From Octopus bimaculoides (lineage: Eukaryota), in the NCBI RefSeq assembly GCF_001194135.2, contig NC_068986.1, positions 99,150,283 through 99,214,282 of the forward strand: a stretch of 64,000 bases of DNA, written 5' to 3'. The stretch's first letter is position 1, and every line of letters begins with the position of its first letter. A program made the position numbers and the translations under genes. Shown here one piece after another: positions 1-11,807 of this stretch. Under the pieces are notes generated by a model. It searched no databases and was not told the DNA's origin. It saw only the letters and a list, made by a program, of their open reading frames with translations.

Positions 1-85
1 CAGCCAAACAGTCAATAACTGCCAAGAGATGTTTTGGTAGTGCCCGTTGTATGAATTGAATGGCATCAATGGATCGGTCAGTCAG
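1..85 (-). CDS. Candidate coding exon running off the window edge (LTDRSIDAIQFIQRALPKHLLAVIDCLA)
   Basis: tttaaacag acceptor; only the phase-0 frame is open; protein-like composition. Confidence 0.3.
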   Translation of the reverse strand, partial: MTDRSIDAIQFIQRALPKHLLAVIDCLA

Positions 86-327
86 CTGTTTAAAGGAGGG
101 AGGGATGGTGGAGTGCGGTGGTGGTGGGGGTTCTATACTGTGTTTATTGAATCAGTAACCAATAATGCAGAGAAATGTTATGGTAACAGTGTTGCCATGG
201 TAATTGTTCCTTGTCTGCTATAAAGGAAATAATTACTGAAGGATTTTCAGAGTCTCTATTGTGATAGAAACAAAGTAAATATCTTTACTTTGTGGTAGAC
301 GCAGTAGAGTGGATAGTTTACATTATG

Positions 328-380
<53 letters not shown>

Positions 381-457
381 TATTTTGACCCAGATTAGCT
401 CTAATCAAGCATTCCTAAGGCAGGGAGATTGTTGGGTGAACGACTAGGCACAACCCA

Positions 458-842
458 TTGTTGTTGGCACTCCGTCACTTACGACGTCGAGGGTTCCAGT
501 TGATCCGATCAACAGAACAGCCTGCTCGTGAAATTAACGTGCAAGTGGTTGAGCACTCCACAGACACGTGTATCCTTAACGTAGTTCTCGGGGATATTCA
601 GCGTGACACAGTGTGACAAGGCTGACCCTTTGAATTACAGACACAACAGAAACAGGAAGTAAGAGTAAGAGAAAGTTGTGGTGAAAGAGTACAGCAGGGT
701 TCGCCACCATCCCCCTGCCAGAGCCTCGTGGAGCTTTAGGTGCTTTCGCTCAATAAACACTCACAACGCCCGGTCTGGGAATTGAAACCGCGATCCTATG
801 ACCGCGAGTCCGCTGCCCTAACCACTGGGCCATTGCGCCTCC
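458..842 (-). mobile_element. tRNA-derived SINE, family A (octopus OK/OR-type), full length
   Basis: Head GGAGGCGCAATGGCCCAGTGGTTAGG with A/B boxes, (CAA)n tail; other copies at 31891, 45486, 47007. Confidence 0.9.
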
Positions 843-1351
843 CTATTCTTTCAGATACACCATTTTTCTTCTTCACTGAGGAGTATGCTGCACACTACAA
901 CATGCTGTAGTGACAATGGAGCTCGACACAGTTCCCAAACTCATCGGATCCTTTTGAACCATCCAACCAATTCCAGCACAGAAGACAGACACTCAAATGA
1001 TGAGCAAGAGGACCCTAATGTTCTAAAAATGGCAGGACATATCACATGTTACAGCCCCCTCATATGACAACCAACAGTTCTCAATAAAAACAAAAGCATA
1101 TAATGCAGTTTTAGATGCATTGTCTGAAGAAAAGCAAGAATTATTTCATTGTAGTTGGAACATCTTTGATCATAGATCCACTTGACAAGGGCTGAAATGG
1201 AGCCAAACATCTGCCCCTTTTTACATATTTTCCCTCTGACTGTAAAACTGCAAAAGCAGGAATGACTGAGTTACCAGAACTATAAGGTTGCTGGTTTATG
1301 TCTTACCACCAGCTCTGTATTATGTCTTTGGGTGAGACATTTAACTCACAA

Positions 1352-2155
1352 TGATCAAATTGTAGTAATAATACTGTGAGTGTGCTGTTGATTGTCAATT
1401 TGGTTGGATTGTTTTTTCTGTCTTCTTGCTAAACACTCATATGTCATCTTTGACAGGAGAGTCCCGTCATATATACAGATATACAACAAGCTGATCAAAT
1501 TGTAGTAATAGTACTGTGAGTGTGCTGTTGACTGTCTATTTGGTTGGATTTTTTTTTGTCTTCTTGCTAAACACTCATATGTCATCTTTGACAGGAGAGT
1601 CCGTCATATATACAGATGNNNNNNNNNNNNNNNNNNNNNNNNNNNNNNNNNNNNNNNNNNNNNNNNNNNNNNNNNNNNNNNNNNNNNNNNNNNNNNNNNN
1701 NNNNNNNNNNNNNNNNNNNNNNNNNNNNNNNNNNNNNNNNNNNNNNNNNNNNNNNNNNNNNNNNNNNNNNNNNNNNNNNNNNNNNNNNNNNNNNNNNNNN
1801 NNNNNNNNNNNNNNNNNNNNNNNNNNNNNNNNNNNNNNNNNNNNNNNNNNNNNNNNNNNNNCCCGTCATATATACAGATATACAACAAGCTGATCAAATT
1901 GTAGTAATAGTACTGTGAGTGTGCTGTTGACTGTCTATTTGGTTGGATTTTTTTTTGTCTTCTTGCTAAACACTCATATGTCATCTTTGACAGGAGAGTC
2001 CGTCATATATACAGATACACAACAGGCTGATCAAATTGTAGTAATAGTACTGTAAGTGTGCTGTTGATTGTCAATTTGGTTGGATTGTTTTTTCTGTCTT
2101 CTCACTAAACACTCATATGTCATCTTTGACAGGAGAGTCCGTCATATATACAGAT
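1352..2155. repeat. Tandem repeat, unit about 137-140 bp, spanning an N gap
   Basis: TGATCAAATTGTAGTAAT recurs at 1352, 1492, 1891, 2028. Confidence 0.92.
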
Positions 2156-2774
2156 GCACTGCAGGCTTCTTTCAATTTCCAAATCCACTCACAAGGCTTT
2201 GGTTAACCTAAGACTGTTGTAGAAGACACTTGTCTAAGGTGCCATACAGTGGGAATTCACCTGAAATGTGTTAGGAAGGGCATCCAGCTGTAGAAACCTT
2301 GCCAGATCAGATTGGAACCTGGTGCAGCCTCCTGGCTTGCCAGTCTTCAGTCGAACCGTCCATCTCATGCCAGCATAGAAAGCGGATGTTGAACAATGAC
2401 GATGATGATGATGAATGCGATAATAATCTACATTTACAGAATGCTCATTATGTTTGTTTATCACATTGAAGTGGTTAGTATGAAGCAAAGATGAAATGCA
2501 AATACCAATATTTTAAAATTGTAAATAAATCATCTTTGCTTTAAACTAGACCAGCATTCCAATGAGATAACACAACATGATAATCATTCTGTAAATGCTA
2601 ATTTTATCTAATAATACACATAAATACACACATACACAGATAATATATGTACAAGAATACACATACACATATGTACACACACACACTCATACATGTATAA
2701 ATGCACAAACATTAAAATGTACATATATGCACACAAATATATATAAGTATAAGTATATATATGTAAGTATGTGC

Positions 2775-2812
<38 letters not shown>

Positions 2813-3007
2813 NNNNNNNNNNNNNNNNNNNNNNNNNNNNNNNNNNNNNNNNNNNNNNNNNNNNNNNNNNNNNNNNNNNNNNNNNNNNNNNNNNNNNNNN
2901 NNNNNNNNNNNNNNNNNNNNNNNNNNNNNNNNNNNNNNNNNNNNNNNNNNNNNNNNNNNNNNNNNNNTGTGTGTGTGTGTATACACACACACACACACAC
3001 ACATATA

Positions 3008-3300
3008 TCATCATCATCGTTTAACGTCTGCTTTCCATGCTAGCATGGGTTGGACGATTTGACTGAGGACTGGTGAAACCAGATGGCTACACCAGGCTCC
3101 AATCTGATTTGGCAGAGTTTCTACAGCTGGATGCCCTTCCTAACGCCAACCACTCTGAGAGTGTAGTGGGTGCTTTTACGTGCCACCCGCACGAGGCCAG
3201 TCAGGCGGTACTGGCAACGGCCACGCTCAAATGGTGTATTTTATGTGCCACCCGCACAAGAGCCAGTCCAGGGGCACTGACAACGATCTCGCTCAAAAGT
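3008..3300 (-). mobile_element. RTE-LINE-type 3' end (family D) with (ATG)n tail
   Basis: Same sequence terminates the RTE RT fragment at 56540-58087; many copies in the window. Confidence 0.85.
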
Positions 3301-3863
3301 CTATTACACATGCACATATACATATATATGTATATATATATATATCATTATCAATTAGCATCCGTCTCCAATGCATACATGTGTAGGATGATTGACAGGA
3401 GCGAGCCAGGTAGAAAACTATCCCAGGCTACTGTTTCTGTTTTGGCAGGGTTTTTATGGTTGGATGCCCTTCCTAACACCAACCACTCTGCAGAGTGGAC
3501 CCAGTGCTTTCTATGTAGCACTAGCACAGGTGAGGTTAGTTTTGGCAAGATTTTTTACTGCTGGATGCCCTTCCAAATGCCACTCACTTTACAGTGTGGA
3601 CTGGATGCTTTTTACGTGGCATCAGCACTGGCAGGGAAACCAAGTAACTCACAAAACAAGGAATTTTGAGAGGGGCAGGGGAACTTATGTCAGGGGATGA
3701 AAGGTTAGAGTGTGACAGAGAGACAGAAACAGGTATCTTGCTATAACAGAGGGGGCACTGGAGGAGGTGATCCAGTATCAGATGATGAAAGGTTAGAGTG
3801 AGACAGAAAAATAAACAGGCAGAAATAAGTACCTTGCTATCGAGGAGGTACATGATTACCCAG

Positions 3864-3864
3864 T

Positions 3865-3953
<89 letters not shown>
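3864..3953. repeat. (GA)n microsatellite
   Basis: Direct reading. Confidence 0.95.
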
Positions 3954-3956
<3 letters not shown>

Positions 3957-4199
3957 AAGCTTCTTTCAGTTTCTGTCAACCGAATCCATTCACAAGGCTT
4001 TGATTGGTCCAAGACTATAGCTGAAGACACTTGCCCAAGGTGACATGCAATGGGACTGAACCTGGAACCATGTGGTTGAGAAGTAAACTTCTCACCACAC
4101 AGTCACACCTATGCCTGTATACACACATACACACACAGCCAGAATGTCCATTTGGCTTTTGTTGACACTGAACTTCAAACTAACCTCAGTCAGTCCTTT

Positions 4200-5345
4200 G
4201 CACAAGTGCACACATTAGATACTTGACACTTCAACATTGTTCAACATGAACTTGCAACAAGATAGGCTGTATATTGTGTGCTTGGGATCATGTTGAAAAT
4301 GGAGAACCAAAAGAAACATTATCGACACTTCATATCTTACTATTTTAAAAAAGACAAGAAAGCAGGAGAAACCAGAAGGAAGATATGCACTGAGTATGGA
4401 GAGAATGTTGTTATGGAATGTGCATGGCAAAAGTGGCTTTCAAGATTTCAATTGGGAAATTTTTCGGTCTTTGCTCTGACTGACCAACTGAGATTAACAC
4501 TGACAAAATGAAGGAGTTAGTCAACAACAAACCCTGTTATACAACCAGGTTGAATGTAGATGTTCTCCAGGTATTCAAATCAAGTGTTGAAAAAAATCAT
4601 CTGCATCAACTTGGTTGAATTAGTAGGCTCATTTGTATCCCACATCAATTGAATGATACTAACATGACCCAACGATTTTTCATCCGCGATTTGAGGCAGA
4701 AATGTGAAGAAAATGATTCATTTTTGAAAAGAATGGTGATATGGGATGAGAAATGGATCACCTATAACAACGAGAAGCACAAACAATCATTGGGGAAGCA
4801 CAGCAGACCATCACAATCAATCTCCAAAGCAGGACTTCACCCAAGGAAAGTTAGACCGTTGTTGTTTATGGGCTTCTTCCCATGGACAGGATCATCATTT
4901 CAGATGTGTACTGTGACTAAGCTGGACTAATTAGATGCAGTGATCTACCATAAACATCCATCACTTGCTAATAGCAAGGACATCGTCTTTCATCACAACA
5001 ATGCTTGACCACATACTTCTTTGCAGATGCAGCAGACATTACTGCACCTTCGTATTTGCCCAACCTTATACCATCAGGTTTCTACCTGTTTTGGTCTCTT
5101 CAAAATTCGCTGAATGCACAGACCTTCAACACTGAGGTTGTAAAAATTCACCTGAGAGAATCTTTTGCTAGTAAAGACAGGAAATTCTTTGAGCTGGGAA
5201 TAACGGGTTTGCTTACAAGATGGCTGAAGAAACTGGAATGGAATGATAATAATAGCATTAACTGAATAAATCACTCGTGCTTAAAATTTGTCTTATTTTT
5301 GCTTAAAAACACCACAAACAGACCTTTTAGCCTATCCAATATATA
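4200..5345 (+). mobile_element. Degenerate mariner (Mos1-like) transposon
   Basis: N-terminal HTH (HYRHFISYYFKK..AGETRRKICTEYGENV), WDEKWITYNN, FHHNNA, YLPNLIPSGFYLF; multiple frameshifts and stops. Confidence 0.9.
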
Positions 5346-5766
5346 TGTACATGTGACTAAGAGGAAGAAGAAGAGGAAATTCCAATGTGCAACTTTACAC
5401 TCAATGACTTGATGAGGCTTTTGGACATTTTCAAAAGGCCATAAAAATTTTTGTGTCAAAAGATTCACATAACGTATAAACTAAAAAGGTAACTATAGAT
5501 TTTAAAAATTCCTTTGGTTGTTAGCAAATTTATGAAGAAATGAATAAAACTGTATATTGCAAACAAACAAACGTCTCAAAACATTTCTGAAAAATATGCT
5601 ATTTACAGGAAATTTGACTCCCAGAAATTGACTATGTATGAAATTTTTTGATTGGAGTCAAAATCACAATTATTAAAATTTTATGTAAAAATCCCTTTCA
5701 CTTTATGAGTTTTAGTTTAATAAGCAGTAATTAGAAATGAAATTAACTACCTATATTTAATTATAG

Positions 5767-6012
5767 TGGAGGCGTGTGGCTTAGTGGTTAGGGTGTCAGC
5801 ATCATGATCGTAAGATTGTGGTTTCAATTCCTGGACTGGGCGACGTGTTGTGTTCTTGAGCAAAACACTTCATTTCACATTGCTCCAGTCCACTCAGCTG
5901 GCAAAAATGAGTAACGCTGTGATGAACTGGCGTCCTGTCCAGCTGGGGATCACATATGCCATTGAAACCGGGAAACTGGGCCCATGAGCCTGGCTAGGCT
6001 TTAAAAGGGCCC
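5767..6012 (+). mobile_element. tRNA-derived SINE, family E, with V-domain-like core
   Basis: tRNA head then GTGTTCTTGAGCAAAACACTT..CAGTCCACTCAGCTG and GATGAACTGGCGTCCTGTCCAG; related copy at 50020. Confidence 0.7.
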
Positions 6013-7108
6013 ATTTATTTTTATTTAATTATAGCTCTTTATATTGAAATTCCACTATAGTCAACTTTGTTTTTTTTATTTTTCTGTGGTTAATACAGGA
6101 CCAGTCAAATACTGAGGTTGATTTAGCATTCCTAAAAAGCATCCTAGAAGTGTTAGCTTTGCCAAATGGTGTTCAGGCACTCAAGCTCAGTTGTAATTTT
6201 CAAAAGCCACTCAGTTGAGTTGAACAGCTGCAGTTTATATAAATGGAAATAAAGATTAGTTATGAAAACTGAAACAGGTGATAACATTGCCTCAGCAGCC
6301 AAGAAATCTATATTTATTACTTGTAAACGCGAATATATTTATATCAAGTACAATAAGAGAGTAAAAATGAAGAGAAGGGGACGAGAGAAAGAAATGTGAG
6401 TGTTCATTAACTGTGAGAGTAAATTCAAAAACAAGCTAAAATTAACAAAGTCACAGGATTGTCTAGTTTTTTTTGTCTTTCTTTCTTTTTTAACAATGAT
6501 AATGTGGTAAGCCATCTCCTGAGTAAGAAGGCTTTTTCCTTGCTGACAACGAATCATATAGTTAATTCCACTGAATAGATTATTATGACTTTAGAGCTCA
6601 ATTTCCTGAATAATTCAGCTTTAATACGCCCTACAACATCCTACTTTTGAGAAGAACAATGCTGGGAGAAATAATTTAAACTACTTCATCCACTTAATAC
6701 ATACAAACTTGTATAAATCTATGTACCAGACTGAAGCTATTAAAATAAAATGGCTGTGTGATGAAAAGATTTCATCAACATTGACTGTTTAATATAGCTA
6801 CAGAGATCAAGATTTATATCGGTCAGACACTGAAATTACCATATCAATGCTTTGGATAAAGGCCAGCCTTCTGAACCACAAAACTAGCAATGTTCATTTT
6901 GTGTGAACTAGCTTTCTTTCACTGGGAACGCCCTTATGTAAATAGTGGGAAGAAAGAAAGGTAAAGAGAACAGCAGATGTTACATGGAAACCAATGCTTG
7001 AAATGGAATTGACATGTGATGTAAAATAACCAATTGGATTAATTGTACAACCTATAAAAGTAAGATTACACTGGCATGAGGACATTTTAACCAAATGGTT
7101 TTAATACG

Positions 7109-7148
<40 letters not shown>

Positions 7149-7619
7149 GTTACATGAGTATATTCTGTTCTAACTTTGGCGAGCCATTTATAAAGCTTCT
7201 ACATGCTTGTTCAACCAACTAGAATTAGTAGGCAAATCACCCTCATTCACTCCCTAGAGTCTTAAAAAGAGCAGACACAGTGTATAGTCTTTATTACAAT
7301 AGTCATAGGAATGATATTCATCTAACAAGTTGATGAGAGCCAGGTCTTGTGAAAGAAACTCTGCTGAAACTTGTTACATGAAGTATATTTGTAATCTGAT
7401 GGCATAGGCTTGCCATGCTGATCCTCTCTGAAGATTACATTAAGAGTACAAGTGGCTGAGGAATACTTACCAGTCACTTACAAACACATTGTGTAGATAA
7501 TATCATTAATCAAATGACTGAAATCCTCATTCGTCAAAAGTAACAGGAGACCCATAACTTAGCAATATCTAATTATTGAAGTGGAAAAATTATCAGAAAA
7601 GCCATTTCTATCCACTTTT

Positions 7620-7658
<39 letters not shown>

Positions 7659-7748
7659 GATACACACAAATATATATACATATATATGTATAGAAACACA
7701 AAATACAAATATATCTAATATCTACATCTACATACACTGTATATACAA

Positions 7749-7804
<56 letters not shown>

Positions 7805-8225
7805 TACGTATACCAAATGATTTCCAACAGTGGCATGAGATCGCAAATTCTGATGAAAGAGATCAATATAATCGATTACATTGACCTAGTGCTTAATTGG
7901 CACTTTATTTTATCGATCGTGGGAAGACTGAAAGACAATCTCATTCCTTATGGGATTTGAACTTGTACTATAACGATAAAACTAAATGCTCCAAACATAG
8001 TAGTCCAAAACACTACTAGCTCTGCCAGTTCAGCTAGTAGATGATGATGATGATGGTGGTGGTGGTGATGATGGTGGTCTCTAACATTGGCAAGATGTCA
8101 TAAATTTTATGGCCACCAACGTAGGACTTATCTTGTTGATCTCTGAATGATCGTATGCTAAAGTTGACTCCTGATACTCTGACTGGTGCTCTAATGATTA
8201 TGCCATCTACTGTTCTCTATGATTA

Positions 8226-8608
8226 CTCTTTTACTTGTTTCAGTCATTTGACTGCGGCCATGCTGGAGCACCGCCTTTAGTCGAACAAATCGACCCCAGG
8301 ACTTATTCTTTGTAAGCCTAGTACTTATTCTATCGGTCTCTTTTTGCCGAACCGCTAAGTTACGGGGACGTAAACACACCAGCATCGGTTGTCAAGCGAT
8401 GGTGGAGGGGGGGGGAGACAAAAACAGACACACAAAAACACATACATATATACAACGGGCTTCTTTCAGTTTCCGTCTACCAAATCCACTCACAAGGCTT
8501 TGGTCAGCCTGAGGCTATAGTAGAAGACACTTGCCCAAGATGCCACGCAGTGGGACTGAACACGGAACCATGTGGTTGATAAGCAGACTACTTACCACAC
8601 AGCCACTC
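8226..8608 (-). mobile_element. tRNA-derived SINE, family C, full length
   Basis: Reverse complement of the copy at 30875-31264. Confidence 0.9.
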
Positions 8609-9033
8609 CTGCACCTTACAGTAATAATGGCTTCAAAGTTTGGCACAAGGACAATAATTTTAGGGGACGAGAGCGAATTGAATACATTGACCTCAGTACA
8701 TGACTGGTACTTTATTTCATTGCCCCTTGAAATGATGAAATACAAAGCTGACCTCAGCAAAATTTGAACCCAAAATGTAAAGAGGTGGAGAAAATGCCAA
8801 CAAGCATTTTTGTCTGACATGCAATGGTTCTGCCAGCTCATCAGCTTTGGTGGCTTCAGATTTTAGCACAAAGCCAGCAATTTTAGAGGGAGGGAGCTAC
8901 TTGATTGCATTGACCCCAAGATCTGACTCCATTGAACTCGGAAGGATGAAAGGCAAAGTCAGCCTCGATGGAATTTGAACTCAGAACATAAAGAGCTAAA
9001 AGAAATGTTACAAAGTATTTTGCCAAGAAAGAT

Positions 9034-9034
9034 G

Positions 9035-9111
<77 letters not shown>
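9034..9111. repeat. (AAT)n microsatellite, tail of a family B SINE
   Basis: Direct reading. Confidence 0.95.
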
Positions 9112-9116
<5 letters not shown>

Positions 9117-10841
9117 CAGTGGGGATTGATGATAACATATAAGTATATATGTTTGTATATATGCATGTATATATGTATGTATATGAGTATGTATGCGTGT
9201 GTATCCTTGTCTTGATATCACATGATGGTTGTAAATGAGCATCCGTATCACACAAGTGATGTCATTCATTTCTAGTCATTATCATCATCATCATCATCAT
9301 GATTTAATATCAACTTCTGTGTGCTCTCATGATTCAGATGGAATTTTTTGAGGTAAATTTTCAGTGACTGGACGCTCTTCCTGTTGCAAACCCTCACCTG
9401 TTTCCAAGCAAGATAATATTTTTCCTTGCCTAGACATGTTTTCCACAGAAGACCGGAAATGAATATCACTCCTATGAGTGATGCTCAGTTGCAAATCATC
9501 AAGTAATGTCAAGACCCATGTACATAAACACACACACACACACACATGCAAGCATGCATACACACACACACACACACACACACATATGTACAAGCTTTTT
9601 TTCAGATTCCATCTACCAAATGTGGTCATAAGGCTTTAATCGATCTGGGAAATAATAAGAGACACTCATCCAAGGTACCATGCAGTGGGACTGAACCTAA
9701 AACCACATGGCTGGGAAGCGAACTTCATAACCACACAAACATGCCTGTAGTTTTGGGGTGGGGCAGAAGGCATGAGATAAACTTAAATGGAAGAAAGTAA
9801 TAAGCGAAAGGAACTAAGAATAGATCCCAAAAGAATGTCTTAACTCTTGGTATAGCAGACATTTTCTTGCTTTGTAATTTTACCTTCCACACACACACAC
9901 ACACACACGCACACTCAACAGATTTGTATAGGTGCATACTCACAAAAATTCATATACACATAAAACTGATGTTTTAAAGATAAGGCTTGCCAACCAACCA
10001 TCTAAAACCTAAGATGAGGGAACAGGAAATATGATAGGTTGAAAATACAAACAAAAATGGAAAGGGGACGACAGGGGCAGTAGGTGGTGGGAGAAGAGCT
10101 GTGGGTTCCTTACTTGAGTTTGAGGAGTGAGAGAAAAAGTGATAGATGGATAGATGGGAGAGAGAGAGGGAGAGAGAAATCTTCAAACATGGCCTCTTTT
10201 TGTCTGACAGCCTGGCTGTAATGAATCAAGGTACAAGAGGTTCTTTGCAAAGACTACTGAATTCTCAGCAACTACGAAAGTTTGTAACTGCTGTTATTTA
10301 ACCTCAAGTCAACCCTGGGTGAACACCTCAAGGATCCAAGACATTCCAACCATAAACCAGTCGCTTCAGATAGTTTATCTCAAGTCTATATTATTTAGTA
10401 TGTCCTTCTACTTTTTTTTAAGACTGTAAAAGAAAGACTAAGCTGCTATTTCTTTTTTTCTAGAAGGCCTGGTGATTACACTGATGCTTCTACTTACCAA
10501 TGATTGTAATGTGAGGCAGTGAAGAGAAAGACAGAGAGAGAGAGGGGGTAGAGAGAGAGAGGGGGTAGAAAGAGAGAGGGAGAGACAGAGAGTTGGGTAA
10601 GGTGTTAATAGAAAGAGACAAGAGGAGGAGAAGGAAGCAAATATTTCAGGCTTTGATATGAAGGGAATAGACCCATAGCAGGAACATCATGGCTCTGTTA
10701 TTTGATATTGCTGTTGGTATCTTGGGAGGAATTTATAACTATTTTACTCAAAGTCTGCCTGCTGCTGACATTACTATTCATATATACTTGTATATGCAGT
10801 GTCTGTGTAAGAGTGCATGTATATGCATGTGAGTGTGTGTA

Positions 10842-10872
<31 letters not shown>

Positions 10873-11645
10873 GGAGTGTCTGTTTAAGTTACAATTCTTT
10901 AAATTCTTCCCAGAAAGAAATCATTTTCTTTTAACTAAACCAAACAGCACCCTACTGCAAGAATTTAGATTAGAAACAAGAATAAAGAGAGTTTCATGTT
11001 GAAATTTACAGAAAGTCTTGCGCATTTTCACTGCTCCATTTACAGAGTGAATTTGCTGAATATAAGCTGGATGATCACTTTCTTTGCCTGAAAACTCCAT
11101 CTTTTTTACGGTTGTTTCCAAGATACTTACTAACATAACCAAGTGTACCAATGATTATGGCTACAAATGTCAATTTATACAGTGGGTAGAGTCATAAGTT
11201 CCAAAACAAATGGCCATGAATATTCACCTTTTCACTAATTAAAAAAAAAAAGACATTTACATCGACTGGTCAGTCAACACCTACATGCATGCATCGTATC
11301 TTGTGTGTCAACAACGTCATCATTTTAACGTCCACTGTTACATGTTTGTATGGGCCACACAAAATACATTGAGGTAGATTTTTCTATGGTTAGATGCCCT
11401 TCTTGTCACCAACTTTCACTGGTTTCCAAGCAAGGTAATACTTACCCCATTTACAACCAATACATGATGACAAGACGAGGGTAAACGCAGACAAACACTC
11501 ATATACATACATATATATATATATGTATATATGTGTGCATGCACATACATATATGCGCATACATTATACAACAGGCTTCTTTTAGTTTTCATCTAACAAA
11601 TCCACTTGCAGGGGTTTGGTTGTCCCAGGATGTAGAAGATATTTG

Positions 11646-11807
11646 GGTAATTTTTCAGATTAACACCCGCACGATCTTCACTAGGGTGTTACAGTTAGGG
11701 TTTTAGGGTTTGGGTTAGGGAATTCCGTCCCTAACCATAACTGTAACCGTAACCCTAACCCTAACACCCTAGTGAAGATCGTGCGGGTGTTAATCTGAAA
11801 AATTACC
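11646..11807. mobile_element. Foldback MITE, 46-bp perfect TIR, 8-bp TSD GATATTTG, telomere-like core (Merlin-type by inference)
   Basis: TSD at 11638-11645 and 11808-11815; TIR GGTAATTTTTCAGATTAACACCCGCACGATCTTCACTAGGGTGTTA; inserted in a SINE. Confidence 0.93.

Noticed and set aside
885-1067. 60-aa plus-strand ORF after a tttcag
   Set aside because: No donor, no recognisable domain, no partner exons.
3073-3669. Recurrent MKPDG..RLQSDLAEFLQLDALPNANHSESV ORF (also 28612, 34845, 54882, 55451)
   Set aside because: Antisense reading of the family D RTE 3' tail; the lengths and stops differ between copies.
10921-11170. Minus-strand ORF and a 30-nt micro-exon candidate (IIIGTLGYV)
   Set aside because: It would require a 43-nt intron or lacks a clear donor; cannot be distinguished from chance.
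11690-11765. TTAGGG/CCCTAA head-to-head as a telomere fusion or interstitial telomere
   Set aside because: The repeats are short, degenerate and enclosed by TIRs and a TSD, so they are part of a MITE.
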